Source of the DNA: Balanoglossus misakiensis
Taxonomy: Eukaryota; Animalia; Hemichordata
Assembly: GCA_040954595.2 (NCBI GenBank)
Contig: CM082596.2
Coordinates: 780,736-844,735 of the forward strand
Direction: 5' to 3'
Length of the DNA stretch: 64,000 nt
This document shows, piece after piece, positions 1 through 10,300 of this stretch. Positions within the stretch are counted from its first letter, which is position 1. Each line of letters opens with the position of its first letter. Under the pieces are notes generated by a model, which saw only the letters and a program-made list of their open reading frames with translations, did not search any database and had not been told where the DNA came from. The translations under genes were made by a program, and so were the position numbers.

Positions 1-53
1 TCGGTTTTATAGCCCACCAGTTACCTCCTGTATCGGGAAACTTGAAATTATAC
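1..53 (-). CDS. Expansin-like protein, coding exon 3 (partial, runs off the window): start of a CBM63-like D2 domain
   Basis: Acceptor tctaattttgcacag|G (AG at 55-54). The phase-2 join gives K-YNFKFPDTGGNWWAIKP, which aligns by eye with Bacillus EXLX1 'NFTYRIKEGSSRWWAAIQ', including the WW pair. Open to the window edge. Confidence 0.8.
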
Positions 54-231
54 CTGTGCAAAATTAGACAGAATGTACAATTTACGTCCATGATCATAGG
101 TGACCGTGGTCAAAATGCACGTGCAGTGGGATGGGATGGCAGTACATGTTCTTCGGATTTTTTCCAAGTTAAAATAAAAGCTTAATAAAAGAAACAGTAA
201 ACGCAGTCACTTCTTTATAAACTCGGGTTGA

Positions 232-237
232 TTTATT
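232..237 (-). terminator. Candidate intronic polyadenylation signal in intron 2 of the expansin-like gene
   Basis: Minus-strand AATAAA just after the in-frame TGA (248-246) embedded in the donor, followed by a GU/U-rich tract (gtgactgcgtttactgtttctttt). Confidence 0.3.
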
Positions 238-249
238 AAAGATACTCAC

Positions 250-446
250 TTTATATTTTCAGTCTTTTCGCACTCCACAAGTCTCCATGTTATCGTTCGT
301 CTCCCTACTTCCACAGGATAGAGCAAAGCAAATGCATCTAAGCTGAGATCGATGTTATGTTCTGGACATTCGGGACAGGAATCTATGACCTTCACTGTGA
401 TTTTGACATTGTTTTCGTTGGTGATCTCCACACATTGTCCACAAAG
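250..446 (-). CDS. Expansin-like protein, coding exon 2: C-terminal half of the DPBB (D1) domain and linker
   Basis: Strong acceptor atcttttcttccag|CTT (AG at 448-447, phase 0, matching exon 1). Encodes LCGQCVEITNENNVKITVKVIDSCPECPEHNIDLSLDAFALLYPVEVGRRTITWRLVECEKTENI(K), with the classic CGxC, V.V.DxCPxC, DLS..AF and G...I.W..V.C motifs of RlpA/expansin DPBB domains. Ends at a consensus phase-2 donor AA|GTGAGT (GT at 249-248). Confidence 0.9.
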
Positions 447-3434
447 CTGGAAGAAAAGATTACTTGGTGAGATATCTAGTAACTTTACGGTATGTTCATT
501 ATATTCTCTTCCATACACTGCATTTTATAAAGGTGATATGCGCCTCGAAAAACTTAGACCCTTTTCTCGTATTTTGACCAATACAAGTGCGAGGGTCATT
601 GTGCGTTCGAGACAACGCTTCCAACTGTCTGCCAATCTCAGAGTTAATTCTCCCTGAGGCGCATACCACCTTTATTCTGTGCCCCAAGTGTCAGAAGTGC
701 GCGCGTGGAAAATAATTATTGCCACTGGTATTTTGATATAGTAAAATATCAAAACGCCGACAGGCAGTGTGCTTGCGTCATTGAATCACATCTTCCTTGA
801 AAGCTCATGCAAGGAAAGTGTAAATCGACCTTTTTATATGGCTGCATTCAAATGTCAGTATTTATGCCGACACAGAATGAACAAGCGCGTCGAGGAGATG
901 ATGGCCTTGCAAGAAAAGGCAACTAGCATGTCAACACATAACAGGTTTCCTCATATCCTTACTGAAGCTGTATGGAGGATGATTGCATGCATGCATCCAC
1001 ACTCGGAAACAATATTTCCAGCGGCGAGCGCTGTATAGTTTGAAGCAACCTGAGAGTGACTAAGGTCACGCCTCATCAAACTTTTGATTTCATCCAAGGA
1101 AGCGTAACATATTCGGTTATAAACTTTGTTCCAAAGCTCAAAGGGCATATCTAGGACATTTTCTGTTTGTAAACCACGAGGGAAGATTCTTTCTGTCACC
1201 GTGAGTGACTGTAATGCCATTATGTCACTGGTTTATGGGTTTTGTTATCATCAATATGTTCTGATAAACGGTCCGTCATAATTCATACTTGAAAGTCAGT
1301 TGACAGTCTGTGCCAATCAAAGTATGTTCAATTGCTCTTGAAATGCTACAGCATTCTTTATCTCTCGGTTGGTTTTGTTCAAAGTGTCTTCTTTGACTAA
1401 ATAAGGTTGAATGACAGTTGCCTTTCAAGTACTGGGGGATGTCGGGTTTGTTTCCACACTACGAAGTCACGCCAACAACAATATGGCACTCAAATAATTG
1501 AAATGAAGATAATGAATGCGGTTATTGATGTGCTAGCTTTGGAATTGGAAGTTGCCATGACATTAGCACGATTTGAACGTTTCTTTGAACACGCGATATT
1601 CACCCAATACATCAAAATGTCGGGTCAATTATGGTTTGTTTGTTGTGAACTTTTAAAGTGGCGATTTTTCGTTCCCTCGAACACCAGTGGGAGCAAATCC
1701 CATCTCTCTACAGAATTCAGCTATATCGATCACCATACTTGTCAGTCATGAATCGTAATGTTCCAACACCTTCACACAACTTCTGTACATGTTTTTGGCT
1801 CAATATACATGTAAACCACATTCCACCAGGATTTCTACAAATTAAGACCCATTACTGCTGCAGTCGTGGGCTTGAATGGAAACCGATGATGAATTTTAAT
1901 GCAAGCATTTTTCTTTGTGTGGGACTATTTATCAAGTCCGACAAATACAATCTGCCTCATTGAGTTTCAAAAAACATCAAATCGCGTTCTGCCTTGCGTT
2001 CCACAAGCGATTTACAGCAATAATAAGTCTACTGTTTGCTCTGACCTGATTTGAGGGCGTAATTGTGATCACGGTTAAAGGAGAAGTTCCCCAGGAGGAC
2101 TGGGGCAACGGTTACTTTGTTCTTGTGTTCATCGTTGTTGTTATTTTTTTCCTCTGTGAGAGAAGCGGCTACTCACTGAATCGGAAAGAGAGTGGACCAC
2201 GAAATTGGGTGAATAAACGACGCGATCCAACTTTGGCCAAAAACTAGTCAACCCGAAGAAATTCTGGAATTCCACCTGTCCATTTCTGTGCACTTTGCGA
2301 ATAATGCCAGCCTTCTATGTTCAATTTAAGGCTTACAATTTTAGTGAATGAACTTTATCAAGCATTATCGAACGCTTTTGATAAAAGTACATGAATTCAG
2401 AGGTACATGGATTCTTACAACAAACCAAAGTGTTCTGATCTATTAACGGTCTATCTTCCATTGATGTCTTATTAAAAAGCACACTCTTATTTAGGGCCAC
2501 TTAAAGACATTTCGTAAAACGACGAAATCCGAAATCCTAAATGCACTTCATTGTCAGTTGATGAAGCAAGTTTAAATCAGATTATCTGTTGACAACTTTG
2601 AATGTAGTTTCAAATATTTGACGCCGGCGGTCGCCGTGTCAACGAAAAGCACACTTAAATATGCCAGTTATCTGGCAGCTACGCGACTCAAAACCACAAA
2701 GTACATACCAGTAGTCCAGCCCTACATATTGTATTGGTACTCATAACTTGTATCGCGGCTGGTTTTTAGAATGGAAGTTGTGGCGTGTTGTGAATGTGTT
2801 AGACTAGTCTAATCGAATGCTTCTTTCAAATTTTGCAAGCAGCAGATATTAGTTCTGTGTTATGAAATCGATAATTTAATAGTGACACATATTCAGGTTT
2901 GAAGATGAAACGGTCGCCATGGAAGCGAGCCTTGTTTCCGCCATTGCGCATATAGGTTCGAATTTTAGGAAATGATACACTTAATTCATAAAAAGACGCA
3001 ATTTCCAAAAACATAATTTGCACTTTACCATTTAAATGTTTAATCAGTTTGAGTTCCAGTATGTAAACTTTAGTCAGGGTATGGTGAGTCAACACAATCT
3101 CGTTTTTTTAAGATTCAGATTCAACTGATAAAATATAAATAGCGGATGTCTATGACTACGTCCGATGCAACCTTGGGTTTGTCGATTACAAAGTAATTTA
3201 CTTTAGAAGGCCCATTGATAATGTTAGCCATGTAATTTAAATGTTACGCGAATGAAAATGTGTATCTTTATCGAGGGATAAAGTTTCATCGGACTCTTTT
3301 TACCAACACATGATTTAGAAGCTCATGATGCGTCTGGTATAAATAATTTCACCAAAAGCAAAAAGCAAATATTTTATCATTGACTTGAATTAAATGTCTT
3401 CAAATAAAATTACAGAAATTTGCTCTCAACGTAC

Positions 3435-3656
3435 CAGTCTGTCATTCAGATCGATGAGATTCATAGCAGCCACCGTCAAATCTCCCTCGGTGTCGATCAT
3501 ACATTCTCCGGTACCTTCTGCCGCGACGTGAGCGTGGTCGTAATGGGTGATTTCACCTGTGAACGGTCCATCTAAAGTTACATCACAGGTACTTGAAGAG
3601 TGGACCATGGCCGAGTAGTACGCCAAGCAGAAAACTAATATACGATGAAGAGACAT
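3435..3656 (-). CDS. Expansin-like (EXLX/YoaJ-type) protein, coding exon 1: signal peptide and N-terminal half of the DPBB (D1) domain
   Basis: ATG at 3656. Translation MSLHRILVFCLAYYSAMVHSS (signal-peptide-like) then ...FTGEITHYD...GTGECMID...VAAMNLIDLNDRL, resembling the expansin 'G.aT.Y', 'G.G.C' and 'itAiN..Dln' motifs. Ends at a phase-0 donor CTG|GTACGT (GT at 3434-3433); 222 nt = 74 codons. Confidence 0.85.
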
Positions 3657-3666
3657 ATTCAGGTCG

Positions 3667-3701
3667 AATTGACTTAAATACTTTGGTAGATGTCAATTAT
3701 A
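3667..3701 (-). promoter_or_regulatory. Candidate TATA plus Initiator core promoter of the expansin-like gene
   Basis: Minus-strand TATAAT begins at 3701 and an Inr-like TCAATT has its A at 3670, a spacing of 31 nt. That A lies 14 nt before the ATG. These are short motifs in AT-rich DNA, so the call is tentative. Confidence 0.3.
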
Positions 3702-4586
3702 GGCTTATAATAACGTACGCGGATTTGCAATTATGTGGACCAGTATCGCATGTATGCGCACACTGGAATATCGAAAGACGATATGACGTCTTCCAGACTG
3801 GAGAAAGTCTACTTATGTACTGTCCGCAGCAGGCCACTGACCTTAAATCACAAACGAACTCAGAATGAGATCGCCTGTCGTGTACTCCATAGCAACCGTT
3901 GCCACATCTTGAAAGTCCAATAGAAAGTGAATAACTGCACATGCAACCCCTGGTGTTACTTTTCATCATTGTGAGTTCCTTTCTAACATTTTTTTTTCAT
4001 TTTATAAACAAACATGCCAATTCAATAGCTCATGTCCATTCATCAGAAATTTTATTAAATTTTTGACGAAGAGAAAGAGTGCGTTCTGGAAGATTGCTGA
4101 CGGGCATTTGTAATTCTTTCACGATATTTGCATAACGTTGGTGATATATTTGATAAAATGAAATGAGCCTTGCTCGAAAGGCTGCCAAAACAATGCTATA
4201 TAATAGCCTGCTTGGATCAATAGTAAATTCTATGTCGGAAAATGTACCATGAATAAACTAATTGCATGGAGTAATTCATGCAAGAGTACAGTGCAAACAG
4301 TCGTTTGAAAAATCGAGCAAAATCTGCGGAGACTGAAAATAAACGATTACCTGGTCTTTATCCCCCAAATGTCGTAAACCATTCATGTTTTCATGTCTCG
4401 CCTGGAGTTCCAGACATCTGCAAAGAAGGGAAATTATGTCAAATATAGCACTATTACACCGATGTTGTGGATGCTTACGTCACTAATACTTGTACTCAGG
4501 AATCGAATTGCTTGTGTTGTCACTGACAACCCTCTAGTTTCAGTTGTCATGTGACCATTATACTGATGGGATAGTACTATAGTAAG

Positions 4587-4671
4587 GATGTTGATGATGA
4601 TGATGGTGATGGTGATGGTGATGATGATGGTGGTTGTGGTGATGGTGATTATGATGATGATGATGATGATG
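4587..4671. repeat. Compound (GAT)n/(GGT)n trinucleotide microsatellite
   Basis: Directly visible gatgatgatggtgatggt... tract. Confidence 0.95.
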
Positions 4672-7347
4672 TTTTGAGCCATATTGCACATTTCACTCTC
4701 ATTGTTGTCTCCCGATCTCACAACCATTAAACCACACAAATGGGTGTGGCATTCAAGCTCGCATAACATAAACAAGAAAAGCAAATGAACTGTAAAACGC
4801 TCTCTACACGACGTACCATTCAATGTTGAACAATTCCAGGGGGACTAATACAGGGGGTGTTACTCTCAGAGTCGTAGATTTGGGGTTGGGTGGGGTGGTG
4901 TGGGACAACCTTATGATCAAAGGAAACAAGGACTAAAACCGCCAACTGTTCTACCCAAATATTGCTAGAAAAGTAGACCCGATAGGACCTACCATAATAG
5001 CTTCCTTAAAGGGGTACCCCCTGTGTGACCAATTATCCCCAGCGATGTATACCGACCACTTAGCCTCTTTTATCAGCAACTGTTTTGATTTGGGGCAAAT
5101 GGGGCCACTGCAGTCACGAATTGCCTGCTTGCAGTGTAAACATCTCGCTATTTAGGTTGTATCGAAATTCACAATGGCCTTTGTCCTGAAAATACTCACT
5201 GAAACCGTATTCTTCTTTGAGTCTACATACTCATTCTCAAATTTACTGAAGACACTTGCTGTAAAACCTAAAGTACATTGAAACACCTTGGGCTCTGAAC
5301 TCACAAGTCGCCCAAAATCTTTAGTGCAAAACAAAAAAAGATTGCATCCATTATCATGATATGTTTGGAGAAAAGGGTGTAACGTTCTGTCGTCTTTCGT
5401 CGACATTTCCAAATTTTCCAAGTTTTTTGCTGTCACCATAAACCGAACGTACAGTATGCACTGCAACTCCAACCGCGCATCCGGGCAATTTTAATTGGCC
5501 ATAACAATGCTCTATTGTTATCAAATGCCAATCTCTTGCCAATAAATGGAAGTGCAATTTGTTCCGAACAACGAGAGTAAGAGAACACGAACAAAGAAAC
5601 AGCGGCTGGAAATCCAGAGAACGGTGAACCTGTGGAGAAGTGACCTCGATCAAGGTGTTCAAGCAGCGTTTGAAGTGATTTACCCTTCACCTCTATCGAC
5701 CACTCCACGCGGTTCTTGCACAGTCGAACAAAGCATTCACACGGCGACCAGCAGAATGATGGACTGTTAAAACTACAAAGACGAATTGACAGAGAGAGAA
5801 AATATAAGAAAAGGGTATACCGAGGACCTCTAACGGGCAATGGTTAATTGGTCTTTCTATTTGTCATAGCTAATAAAAACAAAACCCATTGTCATGTTGG
5901 AAACAATGAAAAGAGTTTCCCGTTTACAAATAATCATTACTAACAATTATTTTCTGACTAAACACTGCAGGCTATTTTGCGTTTGTAAATGATCTGTTTG
6001 TTTGACTTGAGTTCTCAATAATTGTATGACCGGTATGCTAGTTTACAGACTACACTATTGTTAGGATAAAGAAAATGTCCACCACACAGCGACTGTCTTA
6101 AGGCGTGGTCAAATTCTCACGGGAAGGGGAAAAAAGATTTTGCAACACTATTTCACATTGTCACAACTAATGCGCAAATTGAAGGCATACAATTTACCCA
6201 AGAAAGGTGTTCTTTCTTATCTTCATCACTGGCGGTCTTGTTTCGTATAACGATTGTTGACAAAGTTTTTAAGATGAACAACGCCCAGTTAAATGGATGA
6301 GGTCATTAACACACTGTGTTACAAGCAGTTGTTACAAACCTTGTTATTTCGTGTCTCGTGTCAATGTCCTACCTGCGAAATGCTCAAATATGAATTTTAA
6401 CTGTCAATCAGCACCCACACAAAATAATAAATGTGCCGTGGACGAGCTGATGTAATGAGAGCAATCGGTTACCATGGAAATAATCATGGGAGGAAATGAT
6501 TACCTGGTGAGCAGTGGCAAGCTGGGATCACTCAGGAACAGCTCAAGTTTCATAATCCTGGACAGTTCGTGCTCAATGTGACTAAGACCCCAACTGTTGC
6601 GTCTCATACCACGACAAAGTAAAAATGCGAGTAAACATCAGGGTTCGTGTATGAAAAGTATTATGAAAGTAGGCTTCCTCTGTTTGTAAGATTCCTCTTT
6701 CATTGCAAGGATTTTGATGCAGCCATTTAGATACACAGGAGACAAACAGAACAATGCCAAGTCTTCCTTCTGTCAGATGGAGTTGTACTCCCTAAGTCAA
6801 CTTCTATACTTAGTTAATTTTTACAAGGTTAGAAAACACCGGGTCCCTTTGAATGATGAAGGACATCTTTTAGACATCGCGATAGCGGACGGGCGTGTCA
6901 GACCCACGTCACGCATGTGAGCACAGGAAGAAAGATGAAAGACGTGCCGTGAAGCATCTTGTAATGAACGCTGCTTGCAGTCCTTTAAAATGACAACCAA
7001 AGAACCGTACAAAGTTATGATTGACGTTAACCGCCGTGTCTTTATCGGAAATTCTTTATTTGAAGCCGCGCACCACCCCATCCCACCCCTACACTATGCT
7101 AAATCACTTTGACGTGGGTTAATGTAGACAAAATTTCTTTAAATTGTACACCTTTAAAGTGTAGTACTAAAAAGAAACTGGGTGAATCTAGCTCTGTTCA
7201 AATTAAAAGGGAGCCCTCTTGAGGATGAGTGGGCGGACGCTAACTGATGCACAGCCATCAGAGGGCAGTATATGTTCGTTTTACTTGTGTGACAAATCTC
7301 AGGAAAATATTTAGATATTCCTGTGTATATTTGCATGGGTGTACATA

Positions 7348-7387
7348 CTATCTATCTATCTATCTATCTGTCTGTCTACTATCTATC
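7348..7387. repeat. (CTAT)n/(CTGT)n tetranucleotide microsatellite
   Basis: ctatctatctatctatctatctgtctgtctactatctatc. Confidence 0.9.
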
Positions 7388-10300
7388 GTTCGATCGATTG
7401 ATCAATTGATCTATGACACGGAGGTGGCCATATGATATTTGAGTGAAAGTGTGACATATCTTCATTGTTTATCTCGATGCAATCCCAGACTAGTGGCCAA
7501 TAACACTTTGCCCCGGCCCCCAGTCAGTACATCTACATGAACCGATTTTAATTTAAAAGTAAGGTGTATTTTATGAGACAAGACAAGACAATATAGAATG
7601 GGACTTCTGCTTTGGCAATCATTATCAGTGCAAACATAGATCAGATACTAGTCCCTTTTTCAATGGCCATTTCCACAATCCAATTTTTTTTAATCTTATA
7701 ACATTCAGTCATGATCGCTATTTAATTCGTCTGTATAGATATAGGAAACGGGTGACGGGTGATTCATTGCATCAACCCTAAACGTTCTCATGTCGTCGTG
7801 TACAGCTGCGATTTCCAGGGATTATGCCATTAGTCCAGGATTTTATTTGATTTGCTTGATGTGGTTCGTGAGGATCGCCTTATTCTTGACAACTGTTCTG
7901 ACCTGATGTGTCCTCGCTCTTTTTCATCCGCGCCGAATCCCTCTTATTTCTCAATTTCCGATCTAATGTAGGAGCAGCTGTACTCTAAAGGCTAATATGA
8001 CGGATAGCTTTATTAATCATCACGATATTGAAAATTGTCATGTATGACAATCACAAAGCTGGTCTGGTTGTCTGGTCGGGTGAAATGGAAACTCATGTAT
8101 ATATGTATGCATCTATAGTTTTCCTAACTATGAGTATTCTTGGGTTTTCCTTTTATAGATTGTTGATTTTGAGATGCCTTCTAAACAGCATACGGCTTCT
8201 TCTTACCCGTACCTAACTCATGATTCTGTATAGGGTCATCGGGGTGCAGAATACCTTAAAGTTTGTAATGTGGGCGTACATATTAAATGTATAAAACATC
8301 CTCGCGGGTAACCCAAGCATTACTCAATTATCATTGGAATCATCATAAAAGAAATCATTTTCTTCAATGCCTTCAGATACTTAGTGGGTGGTACATGGGG
8401 ATCAGAGAACGTTTTTGCAGTAATTACTATCAGGGAGAAAATTGCATGTATACCGGCAATGGTATACCTTAATGGTTGACAATTAGCCTATAATCTGCCT
8501 ATAGTGTGTCTCAAGATTCAGACATGTTCACAGATTGAAATTTATAATACAATCATGAGTATTTCCCCTGAGAGGTGAATCATGTAATCCATTCTCAAGA
8601 CTTGTTAAAATGGTATCGCTACAGAAAAAATTATGTGCTCACATAAAATGTATCTTTAAGTGTCAAATGACTGTAACTGAACAGATCTGGGTGTTGCAAT
8701 GAAACACAGGGCAAAGACGACTATGTTAGATATGATTTGTTTCTTTGAAATGGAAAATATTAATTGATTTGAGATGTTATGTATCGACCTCTCATCAGGA
8801 GATAAGTTTGAAATCCTACTTTAGTGAAAACTTCAGCTGAAGAAAGCTGTTTTGCACATTTGGTTTATTTTCAGTGTCAAACATCTCCCCATGTCTTGAA
8901 ATTTATCTGAGTCATTTTCATCTCATTTCAAAATGTATGGACCAGCATAAATATTATGTGAAACTTGGCAGATATATTAATCCACCACTTTCTCGTTTAT
9001 TCTTTCCGTGCATATGCTGCGAGATACAAAGAAAATTACTTAATCGCCCGTAATGGTCAACCCTAAAACTTTGTCAGAGATAGAAGACGCCAGAATGACT
9101 CAGTGTCCCTGATAACATCAAAAACATAAACTGAAATCGTATTTGCCGGTCGGAGAATAAAATCAGATTGCAAGAAAGCCGGATACCATAAAAAAGTTCC
9201 TTTGAAACCAAAGTTGAGAGGTATCAGCTGGACAATTTTGTTAGGTACTTGAGTTTAATTTCTTATAGTGGTAGTTTTTTCAAGAACAGAACAACTATCG
9301 CGGATTGAATCATCCGGTTCAGGCAAATAAGCTGCACCTACCTTCCATGTTTTTTTTGAGAAATCGTTACGTTTGTGACCAATAAACTTTTCCACTGTCC
9401 TCTTCAAACTCGAAATCAACATTAAAACGTTTAAGTGTTGCAATAAACTGTTAAACGCTCGTAAAATGAGTTTCCATGGCGATTGTTCAGAATTAGCATT
9501 CTGAGAACTCAATCCTTAGGGAATTATGTCTTAAGAAACTCTGTTTTATTGACGTTGCTTTCCAGTAATAACTAATTGGGGGAAAAAAACAAGTACCAGA
9601 AGTGTTCTCTGAAAACTTTACCATAGAAGTGTGATTTGAACGGTTAAAATTTCCATGCCAAATTGAAACGCAGGTGTTGAGATTCCAGGTGTAATTTTTT
9701 ATATTACTTATTTTCTCTCCTATCGATTTGTTACAACGTGTTAGTTGGATTATCCTGTTCATTTTATTTATCAAATAAACTTTGATACTCTGAAAGCGGT
9801 GGACTTTTCAGAATTAGGATGCCGTAAAAGTAGGTAATATGGCATAAGTTGAAATTAGTAAAGCCTTTCTCCAACAAAATCACAACCGTTTTAACCGTTA
9901 CTTGCTCACCTATGTGAAAGTGTAGTGACTGTTAAAAACCATAGTGAAATGTCCGTTTGTGAGTTTTCTGTATCAAAACAGTGAAAAAAGTTTCCCTGTC
10001 CCCTCACAACACAGCTACAAAATGAAGCTTGGTTATACCCAAACACTTTGCATTGGTGAAAATATTTCTAGACTACATGCACTCTCTGCATGCTGTCTCA
10101 ATTGGTGGTTTTGCATGGGATTTAACTTGCAAGACGATGAAATAAAGTTCCCACAGTTGCCGGAAATACTTAAAAGCCTTTAAACACTTTAGCATGATGT
10201 CACGCGCGGCCCAGGAAATATAACACCTAAAACATGTTGTTCACGGAAATCAGGGCGCCACCAGGAGATATAGTCTAATAGGTGGCCACAATCTAACCAC

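Noticed and set aside
447-518. N-terminal part of ORF 246..518 (MYGREYNEH...NLFFQ) and an alternative acceptor at 519/518
   Set aside because: It lies upstream of the strong phase-0 acceptor at 448-447. The 519/518 AG would require phase 1, which is incompatible with exon 1, so this stretch is intronic.
499-1220. Cluster of short ORFs inside expansin intron 1 (e.g. 951..1220, 499..687)
   Set aside because: No recognisable domain, interrupted by stops, and no consistent splice-phase fit.
4434-4823. 129-aa ORF with a poly-Ile/Thr stretch
   Set aside because: Artefact of the (GAT/GGT)n microsatellite.
5152-5840. Several overlapping 74-135 aa ORFs
   Set aside because: They occur on both strands without any recognisable motif, and no transposase or reverse transcriptase signature was seen.
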